The notes below the pieces were generated by a model. That model did no database searches and was not told the origin of the DNA. It saw nothing but the letters and a program-made list of their open reading frames with translations. From assembly GCF_026571515.1 (NCBI RefSeq), contig NW_026858509.1, positions 372,001 through 436,000 of the forward strand: 64,000 nt of DNA, given 5' to 3'. Each line of letters starts with the position of its first letter. Positions within the stretch are counted from its first letter, which is position 1. Shown here one piece after another: positions 1 to 11,759 of this stretch. The DNA comes from Ruditapes philippinarum. Taxonomy: Eukaryota. Made by a program: the position numbers and the translations under genes.

Positions 1-846
1 AACTCAAAAATTATGAAAGGTAGAGTTATCATTCTTGTGCAATGCACACCTCCTGAGTGAGATCTATGCACCTATGAAGTTTAATTTCATGTTGATATCT
101 CAAAGGCTTTTTGAGTTATGTTCTGGACAAAAATTAATTTTGAAAAATAACAAAGGGCAATAACTCAAAAATAATGCAGGGAAGAGTTATCATTCTTGTG
201 CACTGCACTCTTCCTCAATGAGATCTATCCACCTATGAAGTTTTAAGTTGATACCTCAAATACTTTTTGAGATAAGCTCCGGACAAAAAAGCATGAAAAA
301 GAACAAAGGGCAAAAACTCAAAAATTGTATAGGGAAGATTTATCATTCTTGCGCACAGCATTCCTCCTCAATAAGATCTATCCACCTATGACATTTCAAG
401 TTGATATCTCAAACACTTTTTGAGTTATGCTCCACTTAGGTGAAAAATTAAGTATGAAAAATAACAAAGGGCAATAACTCAAAAATTATGAAAGGTAGAG
501 TTATCATTCTTCATGTTCTTGTGCACTGCACACCTCCTGAGTGAGATCTATGATCCTATGAAGTTTCATGTTGATATCTCAAAGGCTTTTTGAGTTATGC
601 TTTGGACAAAAATTAATTTTGAAAAATAACAAAGGGCAATAACTCAAAAAATATGCAGGGTAGAGTTGTCATTCTTGTGCAATGCACTCCTCCTCAATGA
701 GGTCTATCCACCTATGAAGTTTCAAGTTGATAACTCAAATACTTTTAGAGATATGCTCCGGACAAAAATGTCAGACGGAAGGACAAAAATGTCGGACGGA
801 AGGTCGGACGGACGGAGAATATTACTATATCCCCCGCCGCCTTTTG
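1..846. mobile_element. HINE/Helentron-like element with ~160-bp tandem core repeats (truncated by window start)
   Basis: Monomer anchor aactcaaaaa recurs at 1, 162, 316, 476, 641; followed by a GGAC/ACGG microsatellite and terminal atcccccgccgcctt; reverse-complement relative of 28826-29500. Confidence 0.8.
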
Positions 847-926
847 TCTAAGGACAGATGGACAATGCCATATGTCATACGCAGGCATTTAAAATCATGC
901 AACTGTAGAATTTAATTGAATATAAT

Positions 927-1126
927 TGAGCTGTGCCATGAAAAAACAAAAAAAACCATCTGCTCAGTCTGATCAGGATCCATGTTGTTCCCTATCAGTT
1001 TCTCTACTTGAAATAGGGTTTGTAAACAACAGCATGGATCCTGATCAGACTTAGCAGATGCACAGGCTGGTCTGGATCCATGATGGTCGCAAACGCATTA
1101 TGTTGGTTTTGTCATGGCACAGCTCA
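927..1126. mobile_element. Palindromic MITE (decayed copy)
   Basis: Ends tgagctgtgccatga...tcatggcacagctca; internal ctgatcaggatccatg/catggatcctgatcag inverted pair; same family as 47731-47966. Confidence 0.8.
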
Positions 1127-1664
1127 TATGAATTAATATCCCAGATTTCTATTTCTTGACCTGCAGAATTCTTATATTAGATATGCCCTGCTTTGAATTT
1201 GTACAGTCCATATGAAAATCAGGACTTTTCAATATGAAAAACAAAACAAAAATTAAGTACTGTAAAAATCAACAACTGTATAGAGCCTGTTCAGACTGTA
1301 TGTATGTGCACCTGGCTCTTTTCTATTGGCAAAAGATAAATAACTATCACTTCCAGCAGGTTATAGCTTAACCTCGTATCACCATACAACGGAATGCTCG
1401 CCTACCTATCTACATCAGTAAATATGAAAAGTATATAATAAATCCAAAGATTTTTTTGTAAAAAAAAAAAACGTCAACAAAACAACACATATAGCACTTT
1501 GATAAAAAGATTTCAGGTAAAACAGTCAGATTGATATACACAAAATTTAGTGTAAAAGGATATTGAATGAGTGCAAGTTCAATAATTAATTTATTGGACG
1601 AGTTAAATAAAGTTATATCAATCTATTCCATGAGTTCAACAAATTTGGTAATAAACCTACACAA

Positions 1665-2593
1665 ACACTAGAACTCCGCGAGTTGGATGTGTCGCCTTGT
1701 GAACAATGTAGTTTAGGAGAAATGGCCAGGACAAAAATGAAATAGGAAAAATAACAAAGGGCAATAACTAAAAAAGTAATAAGTGCAGAGCAGCAGTTTC
1801 TGTGCACTGCACTTCTTATCAATAAGATCTATCATTCTATGATGTTTCAAGTCAATAGCTTTCATACTTGAGGAGAAATGACCAGGACAAAAATAAAGTA
1901 AGAAAATCAACAAAGGGCAATAACTCAAAAAATAAGAAATGCAGAGTATCAGTTCTTATGCACTGCACTTTTTCTTAATGAGATCTATCATCCTATGAAG
2001 TTTCAAGTCCATAACTTTTATACTTTCGGAGAAATGGCCTGGACAAAAATTAAGTATGAAAATTAACAAAGGGCAATAACTCAAAAAATAAGAAATGCAG
2101 AGTACCTGTTCTTGTGCACTGCACTTCTTCTTAATGAGATCTATCATCCTATGAAGTTTCAAGTCTATAGCTTTTATACATTAGAAGAAATGGCCCGGAC
2201 AAAAATAAAGTATGAAAATTAACAAAGGGCAATAACTCAAAAATTAGGAAGTGCAGAGTACCTGTTCTTGTGCACTGCACTTCTTCTTAATGAGATCTAT
2301 CATCCTATGAAGTTTCAAGTCCATAGCTTTTTTAGTTGAAGAGAAATGGCCCGGACAAAATTAAAGTATGAAAATTAACAAAGGGCAATAACTCAAAAAT
2401 TAAGAACTGCAGAGTAACGGTCCTTGTGCACTGCACTTCGGGTTATTGAAAGAAGCATGCATACCAAGTTTGAAGTCAATCAGACTTATAGTAACTGAGT
2501 TATGCTCCGGACAAGCTTTAGGGGACGCCGACGCCGACAACGACGCCGCCGCCAAAGTAACCCCTATATGTCACCTTTTCAAGGCGACACAAT
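1665..2593. mobile_element. Complete HINE-like element with 156-bp tandem core
   Basis: acaaagggcaataact at 1754, 1910, 2066, 2222, 2378 (156-bp period); GACGCC microsatellite; terminal hairpin tgtcacctt-ttc-aaggcgaca; subterminal inverted repeat gtgtcgcc (~1689) / ggcgacac (~2583). Confidence 0.8.
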
Positions 2594-4414
2594 AATATTC
2601 TATTTATCACATATCTGAAATAAGAACTGTTAGCAGTAAAAAAGAATCACATTTGTGTTAACAAGCCTAAAATATACATTTAATGCTGACATTTATCATT
2701 TCTTAACGCAACATTTGCGTAACTCAAATTATATTTTTTATCAAAACATGGAAACAAATAACTAGATGTTTGACCATACCATACCTTTTTTGCAGCCGCC
2801 AGTTTTGACGACATTTTTTTACCAGTTTGATTTTGACGACAATTTTTCCAGTTTGAACTAATATTAATTATAACAGTCAATGCCAACCAGCATAGGCCCC
2901 TATTTTATTTAAGATTTACCAAAACTCTTGAAAAGTTCTCATAGGACTCTTTTTTGTGTTGAAAATCACACAAGGATATCACAAGTGTTACTGTTACATA
3001 ATTTTGACAAGTAGATTTGATTGAAGTTCTTTAGGTATCCTAAATGAATACATCCTATCCAAAGAGTTCACTCAGAACCCCTGGTTGTTCAGACATGCTA
3101 AAATATATCACATACAATTATCAAAGTCATCATTTGTATCAAATCAGTATTTTGATCACTCATAAAATATTTTATATTAAAATAATAAATAATGCAATTT
3201 TTCAATATATACAATACAACTAATAACAATATCATCTAGGCATATACACACAAAATATTTGCCTATCTTTAATATACAAAATATATAAATGTTTAAAGAC
3301 TTTAAAACAATTTTACAAAATCTATGTGACAAATATCAAAATGTTTCAATGAAAATCTTAAGGAAACATGAATGAAACAAGTAAATTTCAATGAAAATTA
3401 ATTTACATGTATTCTTAACTTCCGATGCTTCAAATAAAAATGAGATGTATCACCTTAAAATTAGAATAACAGTGAAACCTTTATAGAGTGACACTCTGTG
3501 GAGCAATAACCTCCACATAAACAGTCGATGAAAAGCTAAATGCTGTGGGACTTTTCTTTCAAAATCATTATTTCTCATTTAAAGCTATTCTATATAAATG
3601 GTTTATGAAACTATAAGAATGCTCCGTTTTTTGGGCAAAATATTTTTATATATTTATAAAATGCTGCTTAAAAGTAATATTAATCTTTATATACTGATAC
3701 TGATACTTAAAAATTCATATATAGATTTTCCAAAAATAAAATTTGAGAGAAAATATCTCCTTTGTTGCATTTTAATTTGAATACTGACACACTAGTAGGT
3801 AAATCAGCCTTATATAGTAGATAATATCTATTAATATTATGTTTTCAGATCCCAAAGCACAGATTCCATCGCCCATGGCCAGATAATGAAAGAAACCCTG
3901 ATAGTACAAGAAACAGGGGTATATATCTGAAACTTGTGATTTTAAAGAATCACTTTTCAATTTAGTGCACTTAGCACACATTGATTTTTTTTAACAACTA
4001 AAAAAATTAAGGTTTTACTACAGCCATTGAAATTCTGAATTTCTGTGTCTTTACCAGATACCTGGCAGTTGTAGTAACTGCTCATATTTCTTTCTAGTAT
4101 AATAATAAATGTACAATATTATACACCTCAATGTTTTTTTGAAACATCTAAAATTTGAATTAATTCTACACAAGTATTACAGATAATAAATTCAACTTTT
4201 CAACAATTGTTAAGTTAGATCCCAATATCATGTAATGAAGGATTTTTCACAAACACGAAAAATTTAGTCAAAATTCAAGTAGATCTTCTGGATCTTCAAC
4301 TTTCACACCATAAGTATTTTTACAGATAAATATTGCAAAAGCAAAAGCAGGCAAGAAGGATAGACCCACAATTCTTTGAATAGTCAAGCCAAACATGTCT
4401 TTCTTCACAATTTC

Positions 4415-5457
4415 TTATGACCAGTTTATCTCCAAATCCATATTTTGTTTTTTTGCATATTTCTGTAAGATTTCACACTCCTGCCTTCCAATGTTATGAC
4501 ACTTGTGTAGTTCCATTAATGTCAAATCATTGTAACCATAAACTAATTTCTGTATTGGCTCAATTTCTACATTATCACAGAATTTCATCTTTAACTCCTG
4601 CATCATCACCAGCGGGTTGACATCTAAAATTTCTAAAAATAGCTCCGTTGTAATCCAGGACACATACTGCATTGTCAGCTGTTTTAAACTTCGAGCATTT
4701 TTCAGCAGAACTACAAAAGCACTCTTCTGTAGCAAAGACTCATTCATGGGAAATGCCATTTCTAAATTTTGCAATTTGTTAAAGAGATGATCTCTGCCAG
4801 TCATTGGTACCCCAGATAATGTTGATGAGTTCGGCTCATTTTCCTCAGAAAGAAGAACTGTCAACTTCTGTAAATTTCTACAATGATACCCAACAGCTAA
4901 TAGATCAAAATCATTCACATCTGCCAGAGTTAAATCAAACAACTGATTACCTATTTCTTTTAATACAGGTAAAACGCCATTTTCAAATGTCAAGCCGTCA
5001 TTATTGCCTATACCAAGACGCGTTAAATGTTTCAAATTTTTCACAGCCTGAATATTTCTATCACTTATTTTGTAATATAATCGAGCTTCAACTGCTTGTA
5101 GACAAAGCTGACATGACTTTGTAACACTTTCTTCTGTTAAGTAAGACAACCTGATTCCGTGAGTAATAATATTACGCAATTGGTATGGTAGTATTTCTTG
5201 GTTGTTATTCAACTTCTCATTAACATCAAGCTCAATAATTCCACAGACATCGTCAAATCCAAAGTATTGTAATCTCGGAAGATTCTTTAGGCAATGCAGC
5301 GCACCTTGTTCATTTATCATTGTTCCAAAGATCGTTAATTTTGTCAACTTTTTACAACCTTTTTCAGGACTGAATGCTTGACATAGACTGTATGCACCAC
5401 TGTTTGTAACCTTCGTCTGTGTCAAAAGTAACTGTGACATTTCCAAGCAGTTGTTTC
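4415..5457 (-). CDS. LRR protein, last coding exon (4 of 4)
   Basis: Acceptor ttttcttctatcag|GA; LRR-like units (LTKLTIFGT, LQYFGFDD, LTRLGIGN, LQKLTVL, LKQLTMQYV, LMELHKCHNI); phase-1 join gives GGA; stop at 4415. Four exons total 1503 nt = 500 aa. Confidence 0.9.
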
Positions 5458-5812
5458 CTGATAGAAGAAAATGACACATGATTATGATATCAATTCAAGT
5501 CTTGTTTAATGAGTAAATGATTTGATTATTTTATATCAAATACCAACAACATCTTAAAAAAGTCAAAACCACCAATGAAGAGGTAAAACAGCCACTGTCT
5601 GGCCATTGTTGGTTACCCATGGTATATAATCCGTAAATACTACATTATCTTATCGATAATGATAATCTAGATAATGATATCTATTAGATAATGTAGTATG
5701 TACTGATCAATACTGTAGGTAACCGACTTTGACATCTAGCATACTGATTGAGACCTTCTGTCCACACTCACTATCAAAATCATTTTCTCAAAGACAATTT
5801 TACAGGTTTACA

Positions 5813-6036
5813 CAGTGTAAGAAATTAGGGTTTGAATCAACTAGGCTGGTCGGACTACCAGATTGGAATATTCACTAGCCCAAAAGACATTTCACTAGCA
5901 TGATTCATTTGTTTAAAACAGTTGTTTATATTGCCTCTGAAAATGCAGTAGCCTGGTCGGGCTTGTTACTGTGAAAAGTTGGTAGCCCGAGGAGAAATTT
6001 AGTAGACTATAGGACTACTGCTAATTTCGAACACTG
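5813..6036. mobile_element. hAT-like MITE in LRR-gene intron
   Basis: TIR cagtgtaagaaattag / ctaatttcgaacactg; tttaca on both flanks (partial TSD); internal ctagcc/gtagcc subrepeats. Confidence 0.55.
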
Positions 6037-6244
6037 TTTACAGTAGAACAAGGTTAATAAAAAATAATTTCTGATACAAGTGAGCACCAAAGTATAACCA
6101 GTTTAACCACCTTCCTTTCTATAAGCTGTAATGTAGCTGGACAGAATCCAATATAACTTGCTGGATTTTAACCCAACAGTACCATTAATGCACCTTAAAC
6201 ATTAGGCACATCATTCGAACAATTCAAATGACTAGCGGGTCACA

Positions 6245-6463
6245 AACACTTATCTTGCTGGCAGCAACTGATTTTACAGGTGTGACTAGTGCAGACCAAA
6301 AACAGCTGGCACATCTGTGCTGTCTGATCATGGTCTGCACTACTCACTATTCAGTCACTACTAATTTTGAAATTGTCCCTAAAATGATGAACAGTTTTGT
6401 TGTACTGTCCAGATTGAAAGGTGGACAAGTCTAACTATTCACCTTAGTGCAGAAACAGATTAA
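6245..6463. mobile_element. Decayed dispersed MITE family (related copies ~1150-1372, ~31120-31322, ~62850-62990)
   Basis: Shared motifs tgtccagattgaaaggtggacaag / gcccatctttcaatctggaca and cagactgcatggatgtgc; the 31.3-kb copy ends agggttaa. Confidence 0.45.
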
Positions 6464-6553
6464 GTCTTTCAAAATTTAATAGGATATAACTAGTTATTGC
6501 ACTAAGGTGACTAAGTCCATTTTAGATTATTTGGTATGGGTTAATAAACTCAC

Positions 6554-6692
6554 CTATAATGGATAATACTTGATCATTGCAGTTTGTCTTCTCAAGATCC
6601 AGAATTCTCAAGTCAGTCAGGCGTTCTGTCAAATCTGCAAGTCCACGTGCACTGATATTGTTTAAACCAGATAAGCTCAATGACACCAGTTT
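6554..6692 (-). CDS. LRR protein, exon 3
   Basis: catattttcag|AAACTG...ATAG|gtgagt; encodes KLVSLSLSGLNNISARGLADLTERLTDLRILDLEKTNCNDQVLSII, an F-box/AMN1-type LRR pattern. Confidence 0.88.
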
Positions 6693-6804
6693 CTGAAAAT
6701 ATGTAACATACAATTGTGTTTATTAACTTAATGTGTGAACTCAATTTTTTTAATAAATGATGAAATAGAAGAGTTAATCTAACTCTTACTTGATGTAATT
6801 GCAT

Positions 6805-7520
6805 GTATAGTCTGATTTTATTGACCTGTCAATAATGAATACATTATAGCACTCATTTAAATATTCGATCCCACTTCGGTTTTGTCCGTTTATTTTACGA
6901 GAATTAATATGGAGTATTTCACTAACGTTTGGAAAACTCCCACTAGCTTAATGTTAGTTCTCGTAACATCCGCAATAGCACAGTTGGTTAAGTGATTACC
7001 TTATGTATGAGAGGTTCGGGGTTCGATCCCTTCTTTTGACATTCTTTTTAGACTTATTCTGTCTTTATTTTTAGGTATATTTTAAAAGAAAATGGTCAAG
7101 CGCTTGCAAATTTTCTACACGGATATGAAACAACTAAAAGAAACACTGAAATTTCACATTTTGTAATCCGAATGAATTTTCAGTATCAATCTTAAACATA
7201 GTAGTGCATAACATATTAAAACAGAACAACCATAACTTCAAAAATTTTGAAAATAATTATGAATAAGAAAAAAACCCTGGACATACACTGTCTCGATCTT
7301 ACAACATGTAAGACATTTTGATATTATATACCCGGGGTTTACCCTATTGCGCTATAACGGTGAGTGTAGCTAGTTCATAGAAACTAGATGAATTTAATCA
7401 CATCTTACTGCGTACCTCTCACGGAATTTACCGAACATTTATCGAATATTAATATATTCTGTGCATTGACCGTATAATGAGTATGGAATTGACAGGTTAA
7501 TAAAATCAAACAATATATAC
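6805..7520. mobile_element. TIR element carrying a tRNA-like segment
   Basis: TIR gattttattgacctgtcaat (6814) / attgacaggttaataaaatc (7488-7507); A-box TAGCACAGTTGG at 6976 and B-box GGTTCGATCCC at 7020. Confidence 0.65.
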
Positions 7521-7822
7521 ACTGTATGTGTTGTTCTACACACAATGGCAATCTATGTCCCCATGAAGTAATGGGGACATAAAAATCAATATAAAGTGAC
7601 ACTAAAAAATTGTGAGAAAGCTATCAATTCAACAAATCCTTGTATTCCATAGGGAAATGGTTTCTTTTATGACATTCAAATTATAGGTTTTCAACATTCA
7701 CAAAAAAATTGCATTAAGTTAATTCTATAAAAGGAAAGAATCATAATAAACAAATTTGTGTGAATATTTGAAAAATGACCTTACTGGAAAAAGTTGAAAT
7801 AAAAAAAAATAGGAAGACTTAC

Positions 7823-7992
7823 TGGGCACCTGTTAGTAATAGCTTTCACAACTGAATCATTATTAGCAGCTAATCCACCAGTTGAGAGATTTAGATGTGT
7901 AACATTGTGTTGCAGCAGAGCCATAAAATGCTGACGTTTCAAACATTTTTCCTGAATAAGAGCATCTAGCACAGACTGTATCATCTCTGTTG
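7823..7992 (-). CDS. LRR protein, exon 2
   Basis: ctttgaatatttag|CAACAGAGATG...TGCCCA|gtaagt; 170 nt, phase-compatible with exons 1 and 3. Confidence 0.85.
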
Positions 7993-8324
7993 CTAAATAT
8001 TCAAAGAAAAGGTTCCATTAGAAAAGAAACAGGCCACAGATTATAAAACACTCTTGCAACAATGCAATAATGATAAAATTATCATAAAATTATCTCTCAT
8101 AGATCATCAAAAGCAAAATTACTTTCCAACACCTATTTACTATATATAACATATATACCAGTAGAAGTTATAACATTACTCGCAGAAACCTATTACAGTA
8201 ATTTTATAGGCACAGTTAGTCCAACTAATATGACTTCCAGATAGTGTAGGAAAAACTGTCTGTAAAAAGGGTCAAAGACTCAAACCATTCATTCAAATTT
8301 AATAAGAGTACTAGTAGGGTTTGT

Positions 8325-8517
8325 TGACTTCAAACCACTTGACTTGTGTCTCACCACTTTGGGTTTGAATCTGGACTTTGGTTTCTCTCATGTGAGGAAT
8401 CTATCAAGCTAGCTAACACCTTTAAGGAAAGTCGGTGGTTCTACTCAAGTGCCCATTTATGCCTGAAATACGAAAGGGTACTAGAGGTCTTCATCCACCA
8501 GTAAAGCTTGAAAGCTG
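8325..8517 (+). mobile_element. tRNA-derived SINE (family 1), interrupted; tail resumes at ~9145-9170
   Basis: B-box-like gggtttgaatc; body tgtgaggaa..ggtggttctactc..gcctgaaata..ccagtaaagct shared with the 15205-15396 copy. Confidence 0.7.
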
Positions 8518-8639
8518 CTGGTTCTGGCTTCCATAACTTTAAATGTCACTTTTAATTTGACATTGTGATGGCTGTGCAACAGTAATATACTATAAAACCT
8601 GTTCGCTTAAGCTCCTTTCATTAGCCCAACAAAATGAAA

Positions 8640-9030
8640 TTTGTATCATAGTTTGGGGACCTTTCTGCTGAAAATGTGTCATACATACATGCACAGTGCG
8701 TTAACTGGAGTGCAGGTATTAGTAAGCCATGCATGCCCATTGATTGGCTCATTTTTGCTGGGGTTTACTTATTGTGACGGAAGAGAAAGGGAAAGCAACA
8801 GAAATATCATATTCACTAATTCAGATGCTCGTCCATTGGTTACTCTTTCCTGGGGTTTCATATTGTGACAACAGGGAACATGTTTTTATGTTTGACTATG
8901 ATACAAAAGAGAAAGATTTTTACATCAAAACACTCGGCAATCTGATTAATACTCGGGGGCTACGCCCCCTAGACAAATCAGAAAGCCTCGTTGTTTGATG
9001 CTCTTTCTATTACTTGTACGCTTTCGGGCT
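8640..9030 (+). mobile_element. Dispersed ~400-bp non-autonomous element (same family as 61910-62300)
   Basis: Colinear similarity from ttgtatcatagtttggggacctttctg to ctctttctattact, including ctcgggggctacgcccc. Confidence 0.8.
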
Positions 9031-9303
9031 TTATATTATACAACCAATGGTCACCCTTCTGTAAAGAGAGATATATATGTTAAACAAGATTGTAAAATCA
9101 GTCGGTCTTGCAGTCGAAATATTGGCCTGTTTCACTACAAGTACAAAGCTGTCATATGACCTATAATCAGTTTATTACAATACGTTAAGTAGACTTTTTG
9201 GCTAGATGTAAATTATAGTAATAAAAACTGCAAATATTTTGGCTTCGGTCACAGTGACTATAAATAATCACTCCCATTGATCAGCTGATCAACCTGAACT
9301 TAC

Positions 9304-9454
9304 TCAAATTTTCAAAAGGTCCGAGTACATAGAGCAACCTTGGCAGTTCGTGAAATGACTGGTCCATTTCCTTCAGCCAATATTTGTCGAATGATAGTGC
9401 TATTCTTCTGTAACAACATCGTTTTAGTGATTTTACAGATTTAAACCTAGGCAT
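9304..9454 (-). CDS. LRR protein, exon 1 (BC-box-like N-terminus)
   Basis: ATG at 9454: MPRFKSVKSLKRCCYRRIALSFDKYWLKEMDQSFHELPRLLYVLGPFENL + A|gtaagt; phase 1 matches exon 2. Confidence 0.82.
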
Positions 9455-10259
9455 TCTCAATTTTTTAATGTTATTTTGCTAATGTTTGTGCAATCACTAA
9501 AGGCGCTTTCATGTTCATGCTTCAGTTTGACACAGACTATCTGGTTCCAAGCGGGTTTTTCAACATGACTTAATTAAGCAGGGTTTAAGTAAACCGGAAA
9601 TTGTACTGCAGTAGCCGAAAACTCGTGAATTTCGAGCATTTATCAATTCTCTTTTATTTACTTTTGACATTTGAAAAGAAAATGTAAGTAATTTATTATG
9701 TTGTTTATAACATTCAATAAAGTTCATAAAATTATGAGCCAATTGGTGAAAAAAGGGCATTGTTTTTCACTTTTTGAATCTTGAATAGGACTCGGGTACA
9801 ATTTAATTCGGATATTGGTTTTTAATCCATATCTCGATCTTTTAGTAATTTCCCTTTTTTAGTTTTTTAGAACTATCTACAATGTGAAATTGCATGGCAG
9901 TTATGACATTCTTTTACATGTCATCAGTTTTTTGTTTCACCAGACGCATATATTTGTGTAGTCCTATAAAAATGACTTCGCTTTGAGATATTTTTGCTTC
10001 TGGGCAAAGGCCAAAGCAACGTCATATCGAAATTGCTCAAAAACCAATAGCATGTTCCACCAGAAAATCAGGCGGAATGAAAAACAATTAAGACAGCGTG
10101 TATTTACATTAGTTTTGACCTACTTATGAACAAAACTAAAAAATAAATACCTTTTGTCAAAATAATTAAACTGTCACATCTGAAAAATCATGATTAAATC
10201 CTCTCATGTACTTAAATTCCTTTTACAGCCAATAAACAAATGGCGGTCTTTCAATGACC

Positions 10260-10930
10260 CAAAGTGCAGTGCACAAGAATCGTTACTCTGCACTTCTTAA
10301 TTTTTTAGTTATTGCCCTTTGTTAATTTTCATACTTTATGTTTGTGCAGGCCATTTCTCCTAAACTATAAAAGCTGTGGACTTCATAGGATGATAGATCT
10401 CATTAAGAAGAAATGCAGTGCACAAGAACCAGTACTCTGCTCTTCTTATTATTTGAGTTATTGCCCTTTGTATGTTGTTTAACACTTTTGTATATTTACA
10501 TTAATGTATTTATCTATAATTGTGAAAATTTATATATGTATATATACACAATAAAATATGTTTAAACTAAGTACAGTGCACAAGAATTGGTACTCTGTAC
10601 TTTATGATTTTAGAGTTATTGCCCTTTGTTTAATTATAATACTTTATTTTTGTTCGGGCCAATTCTCCTACACTTTAAAAGCTATTGACTTGAAACTTCA
10701 TAAGATAGATAGATAGATCTCATTGAGAAGAAGTGCAGTGCACAAGAACTTGTACTCTGCACTTCATGGTTTTTGAGTTATTGACCTTTGTTAATTTTCT
10801 TACGTAATGAAATTGATTAGGCTTTTCCAGAGGATAACTTGGTCACTTTAAGTTTGATTGACTCCAAATTTGGTATGTAAACTTTTTTCATTGACCTGAA
10901 GTACAGTGCTTAAGGCTCTGCTTTTTTATG
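10260..10930. repeat. Decayed ~156-bp HINE-core satellite array, opposite orientation to 1665-2593
   Basis: ttattgccctttg-like anchor at ~10310, 10459, 10616, 10778; gtgcagtgcacaagaa recurs. Confidence 0.75.
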
Positions 10931-11351
10931 GTATTTTTATTTTTGATGATATAACAGTTTTATTTAGCCTGATGTGACATTGTTACAATCAGTTCAAATG
11001 CCACTAAAGTTAAAGGTACATGTACATTGTAAGAGCAGTGTTTATAAATAACCTATATTTAAGAGTGACAGCTATACTGTTTACAAGGTGACACATCCGA
11101 CTCACAGAGTTCTAGTTTATATAGTCCTTCTCCTGGAATAGACCCAAATGTCAAACCAGAAGTATATATAAGGTTATTTCCCTTCTCTTTAGGTAACTTG
11201 CTAGCCTGCATAGCTCAGTCAGTTACAGCATGACCTTTGTTATCTTTACATTGATTCTCTTTACATTTTGGCATTTATTCTCAAGCTGACCAACTAAAAT
11301 TACTAATGCAGACTTTAGGACGAGACTTTAAATCGAGATGCCATGTATGAT

Positions 11352-11759
11352 TGTCACAGGTTGAGAAAAATGTACAGACTGAAAGGGACTCAAAGCCAGT
11401 ACCCTTGGAACATTGTTCCGGGGCTGTACTAACTGAGCTATCTGGATGATTTATACATATCTTCACCCCTACATGTATATAGGGAACAGGTCTGAACCTT
11501 TTCATACTCGCCTACAATATTGAAATTCATCTTCGAATTTTTCAGGGTTACAGAGAATTGCTAATTAAACTCTAAGATAGAGGCAGTCATGGCCCCATGT
11601 TGGGTGCCAAATGTCACAGGGTGAAAAAAATGTGCGGCCTGACAGGGACTCAAACCCGGGACCCTCGGAATACCCTTCCGCGGCTCTTCCCTGTAACTGG
11701 GCTATCCAGTTGCTAACAGATCTTCTCCCCTAAATACTGAACAGTTCTGAATTGTGACA
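11352..11759 (-). mobile_element. TRIM (miniature LTR element) with tRNA-like terminal direct repeats
   Basis: LTR1 11759-11612 (TGTCACA...TGTGACA); PBS TGGCACCCAACATGGGGC at 11609-11592; ~90-bp internal part; decayed LTR2 ~11506-11352 ending TGTGACA. Confidence 0.75.

Noticed and set aside
6970-7035. tRNA gene (also 11390-11700, 15205-15245, 45380-45446)
   Set aside because: A/B boxes are present but the stems do not pair into a cloverleaf; all lie within repeats.
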